Origin: Longimicrobiales bacterium
GTDB taxonomy: Bacteria; Gemmatimonadota; Gemmatimonadetes; Longimicrobiales; Gaopeijiaceae
DNA length: 64,000 nucleotides
NCBI GenBank assembly: GCA_965238005.1
Contig: OZ250165.1
Location: 544,001-608,000 of the forward strand
Direction of reading: 5' to 3'
The position numbers and the translations under genes were made by a program. The notes under the pieces were generated by a model. The model ran no database searches, had not been told where the DNA came from, and was given only the letters and a program-made list of their open reading frames with translations. Positions 1 through 10,022 of the stretch are shown here, piece after piece. Each line of letters starts with the position of its first letter. Within the stretch, counting starts at the first letter, position 1.

Positions 1-75
1 CAAGAAGAGGATCGTGGCGACGCCCAGGACCAGCGGGATCGCCCCGAGGAGCCTCCGCGCCAGGTATCGGGTCAC
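1..75 (-). CDS. ABC peptide/nickel transporter permease (DppB/OppB family), N-terminus only; runs off the window start
   Basis: Reverse strand from GTG at 75 reads MTRYLARRLLGAIPLVLGVATILFL, the typical DppB/OppB N-terminus; lies downstream of a family 5 solute-binding gene. Confidence 0.8.
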   Translation of the reverse strand, partial: MTRYLARRLLGAIPLVLGVATILFL

Positions 76-140
76 GCAACGCGCTCCAGGGTCACCGCGA
101 CCTCCGCCGAGGGGGCACTAGGGAGCCGCTGCACGAGTCC

Positions 141-981
141 CTAGCGCCTGCGGCCTCTCCGCTGATCGGCAGGGATCCACCAGTCCTTGATGTTCAGCCA
201 GTCGCCCCGAGCGTCCATGATGACCCCCCGAAGCCGCTTGTTCACTCCGTCGAGTCGGTCGGAGACATAGACGAACGTGAAGGGCTGCTCATCTACGATG
301 AGCTCCTGGTACTCCCCCCAAAGAGGCAGAGCCTCCTCCCGATCGAAGATCAACGGCAGCCGGTCCAGATAGCTGTCGATGTCGGATCGGCTCGTCCCCG
401 AGGCGGCGAACGGCCCGTCGATCCCGTCGCTGTGGAACAGGACGGCGTCATCTGCCTTGAAGTCCGGCACCCATCCCATGACCACCCCGTCGAAATCCCG
501 GGTGTCTGCGGCGAAGACCTGGCCGATCAGCGTGGAGAGCTCCACGACGACGGGCTGGGCCTCGACTCCGATCTCGGCGAGCTGCGCTTGCATGATCTCG
601 ACGACACCCTTCCGCAGATCGTTTCCGTCGTTGTACTTGATCGCGATGGAGAGGCGGATGCCCTGGGCGTTCTCCCGGACGCCATCTCCGTCTCCGTCGA
701 TCCACCCGGCCTCGTCCAGGAGGGCCCGCGCAGCATCCGGATCGTAGGCCATCGCCTCCGCCCCGATAGACTCGTCGTACGCCCAATGGATGGTAGGTAG
801 GGGCCCGTTGGCCACGCGGGCATAGCCGTGGAAGAGAGCATCTACGATCTCCTGGCGGTTGGTTCCCCTCGTGAGAGCCTGCCGAACCCGCTTGTCGGAG
901 AGTTGGGGCCGGCGGGCGTTCCACCACACGGACACGAAGAGCGGCCGCGGTTATCAATAATGACCACCTCGACTGTCTCAT
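141..981 (-). pseudogene. ABC transporter family 5 substrate-binding protein, internally deleted and frameshifted
   Basis: ORF 141..935 is only the C-terminal half of an SBP_bac_5 protein (DKRVRQAL, YDPDAARALLDEAGW). ATG at 981 with a GGAGGG RBS encodes a signal-peptide start MRQSRWSLLITAAAL that joins out of frame near 940. Confidence 0.7.
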
Positions 982-1035
982 TTCAGCCCTCCACCGCTCC
1001 GGCGCCACATACGTCCCCCGGAAGCATCGAGACCG

Positions 1036-1857
1036 CTACATGCGCCACGTCCACCCCGCCGAAGCATAGTGCGTCTCCAGGACCCCGGCCTCCACTCGCT
1101 CGATGTCCGTGAGCGCCGCCCCATGCCACTTTCCGCTCAGTACCTCGCTCAGCCCTGCTATGACCGTCCCTACAAGAACGTCCCAGGAAGGCACCCCGTC
1201 CAGGATTTCCTCAAGCGAAATCGGAGCGGAGGGCTCTTCGACCTCTCCTCGTAGGCCCGCCAGCCGCTCCTGCCCCGGGGCCAACAATAGGGAGCCGTGC
1301 TGGAGGATGGCGCTCCCCACGCGGGCCTGCGCGCTTCCAACGAGTTTCCTGCCCGCCACCGTCACCTCTCCCTCTGAAGGCCGCCGGAAGCACGGGCCGG
1401 CGGCGGGTGGGAGCGCGCGCCCGGACGCCGGCGCCATCGCCGCAGGTACCCCCAGAGCGTCCAGGGCCCTCACGAGCCCCTGGTTCACCATCCGATATAC
1501 GGCCCGCAGGCTCATGCCTCCAGTGACGGGAAGCACGAGGGCATACGTGAGCTCCTGGTCGTGTAGGACCGCACGTCCCCCTGTCGGACGGCGCACGAAG
1601 TCGATGCTAGCTCGCCGGGCGATCTCGAGGTCGTACGGTCCACGAGCGGGCTCGTTCCGGCCAAACGAGACGGTGGGTGTGGCCCATCGATAGAGCCGAA
1701 GCACGCCCTCCCCCTGGCCGAGACAGCGGGCCAAGGCATGGTCCACAGCCATGTTCACCGCCCCCGAAGCCGGCCCGTCCTCCAGGACACGCCAGCGGAG
1801 CGCACCCGTGTCGGGCGCGCCTCTCCGGCGGCGGACGGCTTGGGCAGTTGATGCCAC
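1036..1857 (-). CDS. Lipoate-protein ligase / octanoyltransferase (LplA/LipM family)
   Basis: NMAVD, RRPTGGRAVLHD and RKLVGSAQ...LQHGS motifs; near gcvP/gcvH. Confidence 0.85.
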   Translation of the reverse strand: MASTAQAVRRRRGAPDTGALRWRVLEDGPASGAVNMAVDHALARCLGQGEGVLRLYRWATPTVSFGRNEPARGPYDLEIARRASIDFVRRPTGGRAVLHDQELTYALVLPVTGGMSLRAVYRMVNQGLVRALDALGVPAAMAPASGRALPPAAGPCFRRPSEGEVTVAGRKLVGSAQARVGSAILQHGSLLLAPGQERLAGLRGEVEEPSAPISLEEILDGVPSWDVLVGTVIAGLSEVLSGKWHGAALTDIERVEAGVLETHYASAGWTWRM

Positions 1858-1864
1858 GGCTCGA

Positions 1865-1885
1865 CTAGAAGCCTGTTGAAGAAGT
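1865..1885. repeat. Solitary terminal repeat of MITE family 2
   Basis: CTAGAAGCCTGTTGAAGAAGT closely matches the terminal inverted repeat CTAGAAGGCTGTTGAAGAGGT of the element at 46425..46640. Confidence 0.55.
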
Positions 1886-1916
1886 GGGGCGAGCCGCCCT
1901 CGGAGCGGAACGGCGC

Positions 1917-2606
1917 TCAGAACTCGTACGAGCCCCGGCCCGGCTCGACGACCTCGACGGTGGCCCGGTCCCCGACCAGCGTGCGGAAGTCCTCAGCGTT
2001 TTGGTCGATGTAGGGCCAGGTGTCGTAGTGGATTGGGATCACCACCGACGGACCGATGAACTCGATGGCCGTCACGGCATCCTCCGGCCCCATGGTGAAG
2101 TTGTCGCCGATGGGAAGGAGCGCCACGTCCACCTTCCCCTTCAGAAGCTGCATGTCCATGGTCAGGGCCGTGTCTCCGGCATGGTAGAGCCGCTTGCCCG
2201 GGCCCAGGTCGAAGAGCAGGCCCGCGGGGTTGGTCGTGAAGCCCTCGGCCCCCTCGCCATGTATCATCCCCCCGTGGTGGGCGATCGTCATCTTCACGCG
2301 GCCGAAGGGGAAGTCCCAACCGCCACCGATGTGCAAAGGGTGGGCATTCTCGATGCCCTGGCTCTGCACGTAGGCCACGAGCTCGAAGCTCCCCACCAGC
2401 GTCGCGCCCGTCGATCTGGCGATTGCGATGGCATCCGCGAAATGGTCCTGATGACCGTGAGTGCAGAAGATGAAGTCGGCCTCGACATCGGCGGCTTGGA
2501 TCTCCGTCCAGGGGTTGCCGTCGAAGAACGGGTCGATGACGACGCGGGTGCCGTCATCGGTGGTAAGCGTGAAGGTCGAGTGACCGTGATAGTCAAGTTT
2601 CGCCAT
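1917..2606 (-). CDS. Metal-dependent hydrolase, metallo-beta-lactamase fold (UPF0173/YtkL-like)
   Basis: GHS, IDPF, THGHQDH, YHAGDT, FTMGPEDA and IPIHY motifs; start placed at ATG 2606 after GGAGG. Confidence 0.85.
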   Translation of the reverse strand: MAKLDYHGHSTFTLTTDDGTRVVIDPFFDGNPWTEIQAADVEADFIFCTHGHQDHFADAIAIARSTGATLVGSFELVAYVQSQGIENAHPLHIGGGWDFPFGRVKMTIAHHGGMIHGEGAEGFTTNPAGLLFDLGPGKRLYHAGDTALTMDMQLLKGKVDVALLPIGDNFTMGPEDAVTAIEFIGPSVVIPIHYDTWPYIDQNAEDFRTLVGDRATVEVVEPGRGSYEF

Positions 2607-2636
2607 CTTCGGATCCTCCACTGTCGTTGAGAGCCC

Positions 2637-5549
2637 TCAGCTTGTTCCGACGGCCACCTCAGCATAAGCCTCGATGGGGGGACAGGCACAGACCAGGTGT
2701 CTGTCACCGTGAGCGTTGTTCAGCCTCCGGACAGGGGGCCAGAACTTGTACTCTCTGGTCCAGGGAGCCGGATACGCGGCCTTCTCTCGCGAATAGGGAT
2801 GCTCCCACTCCGACGCGGTGACCATGGCGGCGGTATGCGGGGCGTTCTTGAGCACGTTGTCTTCCGGATCCGCCACGCCGGACTCCACTTCCTCGATCTC
2901 GGCCCGGATGGAGACGAGGGCATCACAAAGCCGGTCCAGCTCGACCTTGGACTCGCTCTCGGTGGGCTCGACCATGATCGTGCCCGCCACGGGGAAGGAC
3001 ATGGTGGGCGCGTGGAAGCCGTAGTCCATCAAGCGCTTCGCAACGTCCTCGTCCGAGATCCCAGCGCTCTTTTTGAGCGGACGTAGATCGAGAATGAACT
3101 CGTGGGCGACGCGTCCCTGCTCCCCACGGTACAGGACGTCGAAATGATCCTGCAGCAGGTTCGCCATGTAATTGGCGTTCAGGATGGCCACCTCCGTGGC
3201 CATGCGAACGCCCTTCCTACCCAGGAGTGCGATGTACGCCCAGGAAATCACCAGAATGCTACCGCTTCCCCAGGGAGCACCCGCGACCGGCAGGATCGCC
3301 TCGGGCCCACCCGTCTCGATGACGGGATGTCTCGGAAGGAACGGCGCCAGCTCGGAGGTCACGCAGATGGGCCCGGCGCCCGGTCCGCCTCCCCCGTGTG
3401 GTATGGCGAACGTCTTGTGGAGATTGATGTGGCAAACGTCGGCGCCGTAGTCACCGGGCCGGCATAAGCCGACCTGGGCATTCAGGTTCGCCCCGTCCAG
3501 ATAGACGCGTCCGCCCCGCTCGTGCACGATATCGCACATCCTCCGGATCTCCGACTCGAAGACGCCGTGGGTGGACGGATACGTGATCATGATGGCAGCC
3601 AGATCCTCCGCGTGCGCATCGGCCTTCGCCGTCAGGTCGTCTAGATCGATGTTCCCCATCTCATCGCACTGCACCACGACGACCCTCATCGCGGCCATGA
3701 CCGCGCTCGCCGGGTTCGTTCCGTGGGCCGACGAGGGTATGAGGCACACGTCGCGGTGCCCCTCCCCACGGCTCTCGTGCAGCGCACGGATGACGAGGAG
3801 CCCGGTGTACTCCCCCTGGGCCCCCGAGTTGGGCTGCAGCGAAGTAGCAGCGAAGCCGGAGATCTCGGCCAGCCAGGTCTCCAGATCCGAAAGAAGCTCC
3901 TGGTAGCCCTCGGCCTGGTCCATGGGGGCGAAGGGGTGGAGCCCGCCGAACGCTCTCCACGTGACCGGGAGCATCTCGGTGGTGGCGTTCAGCTTCATGG
4001 TGCACGACCCCAGAGAGATCATGCTCGTGTTCAGCGAGAGGTCCCGGCTCTCCAGCCGGTGAATGTACCGGAGCATCTCGGTCTCGGAGTGGTAGCTTTG
4101 GAAGACCGGGTGCTCCAGAAACTGCGATGTCCTCACGAGAGCCTCGGGAAGGGCGGGGGTCGCGTCCTGCGCCACCTTCCTCGCGTTCAGCTTCACGCCG
4201 CCTCCTCGTGGCCCTCCGTCGCTGAAGACGTTGAAGAGGTCGTCAATGTCCTCCGGCTGTGTCGTTTCGTCGACCGCGATGCCCACAGTCCCGTCGCCAT
4301 GGTCGCGGAGGTTCATCTCTAGCTCGCGAGCACGACGGAGGACGTCCTCCCCCGAGACGCCCGAGGGCACCACATGAAGCGTGTCGAAGAAGTGCTCGTG
4401 CACGACCGTATGGCCGAGCTCGCGAAGGCCGTGCGCCAAGGTGGCGGCCAGGTGATGGATGCGGCTGGCGATCCGTCGCAGCCCTTCGGGACCGTGATAC
4501 ACGGAGTACATGCCCGCCATGATGGCCAAGAGCACCTGAGCCGTGCAGATGTTCGACGTCGCCTTGTCACGACGGATGTGTTGCTCGCGCGTCTGGAGGG
4601 CCATCCGTAGGGCCGGGTTTTCGTCCGCGTCCACGGAGACGCCGATGATGCGGCCCGGCATCCTTCGCTTGAACCTGTCCTTGGCCGCCAGGTAGGCGGC
4701 GTGAGGGCCGCCATAGCCCATGGGCACTCCGAAACGCTGCGTGTTGCCGACTGCGATGTCGGCCCCGAGTTCGCCCGGAGGAGTGAGTAGCGTGAGAGCC
4801 ATAAGATCGGCGGCTACGACGATCCTGGCTCCATGCTCGTGGAAGGAGTCGCAGAAAGACCGGTAGTCGTGCACCGCCCCGTCGGTGGCCGGATACTGGA
4901 CCAGACCACCGAAGAGCCGGTCCCCGAAGGACTCCAGATCGTAGTTGTCGTGAGCCCCGACCACGACCTCGATACCCAACGGCGCCGCCCGGCCCTTCAC
5001 GACGTCGATGGTCTGCGGATGACAGACCTCGGAGACGAAGAAGCGTGTTCGCTTCTCGTCTCGGGTGTCGCCGAAGAGCATGGTCATGGCCTCGGCGGCC
5101 GCCGTGCTCTCATCGAGGAGGGACGCGTTCGCGATCTCCAGGCCGGTGAGGTCTATCACCATGGTCTGGTAGTTCAGCAGCGCCTCGAGGCGCCCCTGGG
5201 AGATCTCGGCCTGATAGGGCGTGTACTGTGTGTACCAGCCGGGGTTCTCGAGGATGTTCCTCAGAATCACGCCTGGTACGACCGTGTCGTGGTATCCCAT
5301 CCCGATGTAGGACCGGAAGACCCGGTTCTGGGAGCCGATCTCCTCGAGCCGGTGGAGAAGCCGATGCTCGGGAGAGGCGTCGGGGAGCTCGAGGTCGCCT
5401 TCCAGGCGAATGGAGTCGGGGACTGTCTGATCGACCAGCTCGCTGAGGGAGTTCACCCCCAGAGACGCCAGCATCGACTCGATCTCATGATCACGAGGGC
5501 CGATATGCCGGCTGGCGAATCGACCCTCCGTATCTATCTCTAGGGACAT
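2637..5549 (-). CDS. gcvP: Glycine dehydrogenase (glycine cleavage P protein)
   Basis: 970 aa; [58 protein letters not shown]. Confidence 0.98.
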   Translation of the reverse strand: MSLEIDTEGRFASRHIGPRDHEIESMLASLGVNSLSELVDQTVPDSIRLEGDLELPDASPEHRLLHRLEEIGSQNRVFRSYIGMGYHDTVVPGVILRNILENPGWYTQYTPYQAEISQGRLEALLNYQTMVIDLTGLEIANASLLDESTAAAEAMTMLFGDTRDEKRTRFFVSEVCHPQTIDVVKGRAAPLGIEVVVGAHDNYDLESFGDRLFGGLVQYPATDGAVHDYRSFCDSFHEHGARIVVAADLMALTLLTPPGELGADIAVGNTQRFGVPMGYGGPHAAYLAAKDRFKRRMPGRIIGVSVDADENPALRMALQTREQHIRRDKATSNICTAQVLLAIMAGMYSVYHGPEGLRRIASRIHHLAATLAHGLRELGHTVVHEHFFDTLHVVPSGVSGEDVLRRARELEMNLRDHGDGTVGIAVDETTQPEDIDDLFNVFSDGGPRGGGVKLNARKVAQDATPALPEALVRTSQFLEHPVFQSYHSETEMLRYIHRLESRDLSLNTSMISLGSCTMKLNATTEMLPVTWRAFGGLHPFAPMDQAEGYQELLSDLETWLAEISGFAATSLQPNSGAQGEYTGLLVIRALHESRGEGHRDVCLIPSSAHGTNPASAVMAAMRVVVVQCDEMGNIDLDDLTAKADAHAEDLAAIMITYPSTHGVFESEIRRMCDIVHERGGRVYLDGANLNAQVGLCRPGDYGADVCHINLHKTFAIPHGGGGPGAGPICVTSELAPFLPRHPVIETGGPEAILPVAGAPWGSGSILVISWAYIALLGRKGVRMATEVAILNANYMANLLQDHFDVLYRGEQGRVAHEFILDLRPLKKSAGISDEDVAKRLMDYGFHAPTMSFPVAGTIMVEPTESESKVELDRLCDALVSIRAEIEEVESGVADPEDNVLKNAPHTAAMVTASEWEHPYSREKAAYPAPWTREYKFWPPVRRLNNAHGDRHLVCACPPIEAYAEVAVGTS

Positions 5550-5611
5550 GTTCTTCCTCGGAAGTGTCGGGCCGCGAATGACGTCTCCCCGGTGGGACTA
5601 GAGATCAGCTC

Positions 5612-6001
5612 CTACTCGCCGACCAAAGCCTGGTAGTCGGCCGCGTCCAGGAGATCCCCCAAGGCGCTCTCATCAGTGACGCGCAGGAGGATCATCCAAC
5701 CGGCCCCGTACGGATCGCTGTTCACCAGCGAGGGGTCGTCATCCAGGGCCTGATTCACGGTGACCACCTCGCCGGCCAGGGGGCAGTAGAGGTCACTCAC
5801 GGCCTTCACAGCCTCGATGGTGCCGAAGGTAGCCACCTTGTCGAAGCTCGCCCCGACCTCCGGCAGCTCGATGAACACGACGTCCCCCAGCTCCCCCTGG
5901 GCGTAGTCGGTGATACCGACCTGATAGACACCGTCCTCATCCGTGGCCTTGAGGTACTCGTGCTCCTCCGTATATGTCAGTCCCTCGGGGATTTCGGACA
6001 T
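5612..6001 (-). CDS. gcvH: Glycine cleavage H protein
   Basis: GITDYAQGELGDVVFIELP, IEAVKAVSD (lipoyl-Lys), NSDPYGAGW. Confidence 0.97.
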   Translation of the reverse strand: MSEIPEGLTYTEEHEYLKATDEDGVYQVGITDYAQGELGDVVFIELPEVGASFDKVATFGTIEAVKAVSDLYCPLAGEVVTVNQALDDDPSLVNSDPYGAGWMILLRVTDESALGDLLDAADYQALVGE

Positions 6002-6033
6002 CGCTCCTCCATGGTCGAGTGTCTAGCGCGGTC

Positions 6034-6061
6034 ACAATAGAGAATTCTCGAGAAGCGTCAA
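6034..6061 (-). promoter_or_regulatory. Sigma70-like promoter for gcvH-gcvP
   Basis: Reverse strand TTGACG-N16-TATTGT about 30 nt upstream of gcvH. Confidence 0.45.
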
Positions 6062-6196
6062 GGTCAAAACGGTGGCCACGGACGGTCCGTAGATCCGGCG
6101 CCTCGCCTTTTCACGCCCGACCCGTACGGATAACTTTCGTGGACTTCGGTAGCCGACGCAAAAGCACTGACACAGCCCGCTGGAAAGATAGCAGAC

Positions 6197-7366
6197 ATGC
6201 CCACCACGCTAGCCGGTGAAGCCCGCCCGGCCGTCACGACCTTGTCCGAAGAGGAGGAGATGTTCCGGGAGGCGGTCCGGGATTTCGCCCAGTCCGAAGT
6301 AGCCCCCCTCGTGTCAAAGATGGACGAGGCCCAGGAGATTGATCCTTCACTCCTCCCCATGCTGTTCGAGCTGGGCCTCATGGGAATCGAGGTGCCCGAG
6401 GAGTTCGGTGGAGCGGATTCCACCTTTTTCACCTCCATTCTGGTGGTGGAGGAGCTCTCCAGAATCGACCCATCCGTCGGAACCCTGGTCGACGTACAGA
6501 ACACGCTCGTGATCAACGGGCTCAAGCGCTGGGGTAGCGACGAGCTCAATGCTCGCTACTTCCCCCTTCTGGCGACCGAGATGATCGGAGCCTATGCCCT
6601 CTCCGAGGCCGGAAGTGGGTCCGACGCCTTTGCCCTCACTTGCCGGGCCACACAGGACGGCGACGATTGGCTCCTCACGGGCCAGAAGCTATGGATCACG
6701 AACGGGAACGAGGCCGGCACCTATATCGTCTTCGCCACCGTCGACCCCGAGGCCGGCTACAAGGGCATCACAGCCTTCATGGTGGATCGCGACATGGAGG
6801 GCCTTACGGTCGGTAAGAAGGAGGACAAGCTCGGCATCCGTGCCTCCTCCACGACCGAGATCGTCCTCGACAACGTCCGGGTGCCCGGCAACAACGTCCT
6901 GGGCGATGTGGGCAGGGGATACAAGGTGGCCATCGAGACCCTCAACGAGGGCCGCATCGGCATCGGCGCCCAGATGGTGGGAACGGCCCAAGGAGCCCTG
7001 GACAACACGCTGCGGTACGTCAAGGAGCGGGAGCAGTTCGGCCAGTCTATCGGCAAGTTCCAGGGCGTGCAGTTCCAGCTGGCAGAGGTGGCGACCGAAC
7101 TTGAGGCTTCGCGTCTGCTGGTCTACAATGCCGCCCGTCTCAAGGACGCGGGTGAGGACTTCGTCGTGCCTGCGGCAATGTCGAAGCTACATTCCTCCAG
7201 GATGGCCCAGCGCGTGACGTCCCTGTGCATCGACCTTCACGGAGGATACGGGTTCACCCGTGAGTACCCGGTGGAGAAGTTCTATCGGGACGCCAAGATC
7301 GGCACGATCTACGAGGGGACGACCAACATGCAGCTCCAGACCATCGCCAAGGGGCTGCTCCAATGA
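6197..7366 (+). CDS. Acyl-CoA dehydrogenase (short/branched-chain-like)
   Basis: ALSEAGSGSDA, GQKLWITNG, EDKLGIRAS, GGYGFTREYPVEKFYRDAKIGTIYEGT. Confidence 0.95.
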   Translation: MPTTLAGEARPAVTTLSEEEEMFREAVRDFAQSEVAPLVSKMDEAQEIDPSLLPMLFELGLMGIEVPEEFGGADSTFFTSILVVEELSRIDPSVGTLVDVQNTLVINGLKRWGSDELNARYFPLLATEMIGAYALSEAGSGSDAFALTCRATQDGDDWLLTGQKLWITNGNEAGTYIVFATVDPEAGYKGITAFMVDRDMEGLTVGKKEDKLGIRASSTTEIVLDNVRVPGNNVLGDVGRGYKVAIETLNEGRIGIGAQMVGTAQGALDNTLRYVKEREQFGQSIGKFQGVQFQLAEVATELEASRLLVYNAARLKDAGEDFVVPAAMSKLHSSRMAQRVTSLCIDLHGGYGFTREYPVEKFYRDAKIGTIYEGTTNMQLQTIAKGLLQ

Positions 7367-7557
7367 TGGGCCTCGGTGTCTGGGAGTTGGTCCTCATCTT
7401 CCTGGTGGTGATGTTCTTCTTCGGCGCCAAGCGCATCCCCGTGATCGGGCGTGGCCTGGGAGAGGGGATCAGGAACTTCAAGGGGGCCTTTCGCGAGGGC
7501 GAGGATACGCCCGACGACCGCTCCCTGGAGGAGCCCAGGGACGACGACGGCCCGTAG
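7363..7557 (+). CDS. tatA: Twin-arginine translocase subunit TatA/E
   Basis: N-terminal TM helix followed by FGAKRIP...GRGLGEGIRNFK. Confidence 0.9.
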   Translation: MMGLGVWELVLIFLVVMFFFGAKRIPVIGRGLGEGIRNFKGAFREGEDTPDDRSLEEPRDDDGP

Positions 7558-7566
7558 GCGATCCAT

Positions 7567-8334
7567 GTGATGGCGGTGTCACCCCTCGACAACATCGTCG
7601 TCGTGTTGGACGAGCCCAAGGACGTCGTCAACATAGCCGGCGTCATTCGCGTGATGATGAACATGGGCTTGTCGCGGCTCCGCCTGGTGGACCCCGAAGA
7701 GTACGACATCCGCCGCATCACCGGCATCGCCCACCGGAGCGATGAACTGGTGGAGTCAGCCGATGTGTTCCCGACCCTCCGCGATGCCCTGGCCGACACG
7801 GTGTTCACCGTGGGGACCACCGCCCGCCCACGCACCGCCCAGCGTAACTACCTCCGGCCAAGGGTAGTGGCGCTCACCATCGTAGAGAGGGCCGCCGAAG
7901 GCCCCGTGGCGTTGGTCTTCGGCCGGGAGGATCGCGGGCTAACGAACGAGGGCCTGGACCTCTGCCACGCCATCGCCGTCGTACCCACGGCGGCCGAGTA
8001 CTCCAGCCTCAACCTGGCCCAGGCCTGCCTGGTACTCTGCTACGAGATCTACCTGGCAGCCACCGACGAGGCTCCCCTTCCGGGATACAAGCGGGATGCG
8101 GGTCCGGCCACCCACGCGGACCTGGAACAGATGTATACGGCTCTGGAGCAGGGGTTCTACCGGATCGACTTCTTCAAGGGAGACCGGCACCCCGGGGGGG
8201 TGCTCCGGACGCTTCGGACCCTCCTCTCGCGGGCAGATCCCGACCTCCGAGAGGTGCGTCTCGTGAGAGCCATCGGCTACGAGATACAGCGTTACTTCGA
8301 CAGGGCCGAAACCCCTGATGATCCAACCAGCTAG
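7567..8334 (+). CDS. SPOUT tRNA/rRNA methyltransferase (TrmJ/LasT family)
   Basis: VVLDEPKDVVNIAGVIRVMMNMG, FGREDRGLTNE, SSLNLAQA. Confidence 0.88.
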   Translation: MMAVSPLDNIVVVLDEPKDVVNIAGVIRVMMNMGLSRLRLVDPEEYDIRRITGIAHRSDELVESADVFPTLRDALADTVFTVGTTARPRTAQRNYLRPRVVALTIVERAAEGPVALVFGREDRGLTNEGLDLCHAIAVVPTAAEYSSLNLAQACLVLCYEIYLAATDEAPLPGYKRDAGPATHADLEQMYTALEQGFYRIDFFKGDRHPGGVLRTLRTLLSRADPDLREVRLVRAIGYEIQRYFDRAETPDDPTS

Positions 8335-8345
8335 CCATTTTTTTG

Positions 8346-8374
8346 TTGTACCTCAGGGCTGCGACTCATATGTT
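8346..8374 (+). promoter_or_regulatory. Sigma70-like promoter
   Basis: TTGTAC-N17-TATGTT in an AT-rich patch upstream of the GGDEF gene. Confidence 0.45.
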
Positions 8375-8386
8375 GAGATTAATTGA

Positions 8387-9916
8387 ATGTGCCGCGATCC
8401 CATCGCGGCCTTAAATGGACTCTGCATGCACTCTGCCGAGACGAGTATTCGTGCGCCTCTGGCCGACCGTTATCGCGTTCTGCTCGATATCGGCCGTACC
8501 CTGACCGGCACCCTGAGTCCCGAAGAGCTTTTTCGGGCCATCTACAGGGAGACGGCAAGAGTCGTGGAGGCGGCCGGATTCTACATCTCCCTGTACGACG
8601 CGGAGGCGGATCTCGCCACGGTCGTCTTCTATGCCGACCGAGGCGAGGAGAGCCAGTGTGACATCACCTACAAGGGCTCGCACAGCGAGGTGATCCGTAC
8701 CGGAAAGTCGACCACCGTCAAAGACCGGCTGAGCGCCAAGTCCGTCATGCTTCTGGGCGAAGAGGAGACCGAGATCACGCGGTCCGCCATCTCTGCTCCC
8801 CTCATCTACAAGGGCGAGGTCCGGGGTGCTCTCAGCACCCAGAGCTATCGTCCCAACGCGTATGGGTCAGAGGACCTGGAGCTCCTGGAGGGGATCGCCG
8901 ATCTGGCGGCGGTGGCCATCGAGAACGCCCGTCACGTGGCCGAGCTGGACCAGCGCTCCCGCGAGGCGGAGAAGCTCGAGGAGATCGGGCGGGCCCTCAC
9001 CAGCTCTCTCGACTTCGAAGAGGTCCTGGACCGGGTCTCCTCGGCTGGCATGGACCTCCTGGACGTCGATGGGGCCGGCGTTTGGACCTTCGAGCACACG
9101 CTCGCGACCGTGAGAGCCTCGGTAGGCCCCATCCAGGTTCCCGTGGGCGCCACCTGGGATCTCGAAGGCCCGCTGTACGAGACCCTGGTGAATAAGGGGA
9201 AGCCGTTCGTGATCGACGATCTGGCAGCAAGCCCCCTCGTTCCGGAGCACATGAGGGAGTTCCTGGAGGGCGGGAGCGGAGTAGCCGTTCCTTTGACGAT
9301 CGGAGAGCGTGTCGCCGGCATCCTGGCAGCCGGGTCGAAGCAGACCAGGGGCTTCTCCCAGGACGATATCGGACTGCTCACCCGTCTGGCTGGCCAGGCA
9401 TCCGTCGCCCTGGACAACGCCGAGCTTCACGCGAGCATCCAGGCCCTCTCCCTCACGGACGTGTTGACGGGTCTCCCCAACCGGAGGCACCTCCAGCTCC
9501 ACCTGGAGCGAGAAGTGGCCGCCGCGCGAAGGGGCCGGCGTCTCGTCCTGGTGATCTTCGACCTGGACGAGTTCAAGCACTACAACGACACCCTGGGTCA
9601 CGTGGTGGGTGATCAGATCCTCAAGGCGTTCGGACGCCTCCTGGCGGACGAGAACCGGGCCATGAACCTCGTGGCCCGATACGGCGGCGACGAGTTCGTG
9701 TCGGTCCTCTCCGAGAGCGACGAAGAGGGCGCCCAGGGTTATCTCGCACGGGTGCAGCAGCGGATCCGAGCGGACCGCGTTCTGGCGCCGCATGGCGTGA
9801 CCGTGAGCGCCGGCATGGCCCACTTCGAGACGAACCAGATGCTCGGGGTCGAGGAGCTCATTCAGGCCGCCGACCGGCACATGTACGAGAACAAGGACCG
9901 CCCGAGGCGTACCTGA
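8387..9916 (+). CDS. GAF-GAF-GGDEF diguanylate cyclase (start may be ATG 8426)
   Basis: Two GAF-like domains, TDVLTGLPNRR, DLDEFKHYND, intact ARYGGDEF. Confidence 0.9.
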   Translation: MCRDPIAALNGLCMHSAETSIRAPLADRYRVLLDIGRTLTGTLSPEELFRAIYRETARVVEAAGFYISLYDAEADLATVVFYADRGEESQCDITYKGSHSEVIRTGKSTTVKDRLSAKSVMLLGEEETEITRSAISAPLIYKGEVRGALSTQSYRPNAYGSEDLELLEGIADLAAVAIENARHVAELDQRSREAEKLEEIGRALTSSLDFEEVLDRVSSAGMDLLDVDGAGVWTFEHTLATVRASVGPIQVPVGATWDLEGPLYETLVNKGKPFVIDDLAASPLVPEHMREFLEGGSGVAVPLTIGERVAGILAAGSKQTRGFSQDDIGLLTRLAGQASVALDNAELHASIQALSLTDVLTGLPNRRHLQLHLEREVAAARRGRRLVLVIFDLDEFKHYNDTLGHVVGDQILKAFGRLLADENRAMNLVARYGGDEFVSVLSESDEEGAQGYLARVQQRIRADRVLAPHGVTVSAGMAHFETNQMLGVEELIQAADRHMYENKDRPRRT

Positions 9917-9948
9917 GCCCGGTCGGGATGACAACCGCCTCTACGCGG

Positions 9949-9981
9949 AAGGCCCGGTTCCCTCCAAGGGGACCGGGCCTT
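9949..9981. terminator. Hairpin, probable bidirectional terminator between convergent genes
   Basis: AAGGCCCGGTTCCC / GGGGACCGGGCCTT inverted repeat between the GGDEF gene and actF. Confidence 0.6.
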
Positions 9982-10022
9982 GGTCTTCCAGTCTGAGCTG
10001 GCTCGCGTTGCGATGCCCCGCG

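Noticed and set aside
6002..6196. Glycine riboswitch upstream of gcvH
   Set aside because: No GGAGA...CCGAAG/CTCTCAGG-type aptamer motifs seen, and the putative promoter leaves only a short leader
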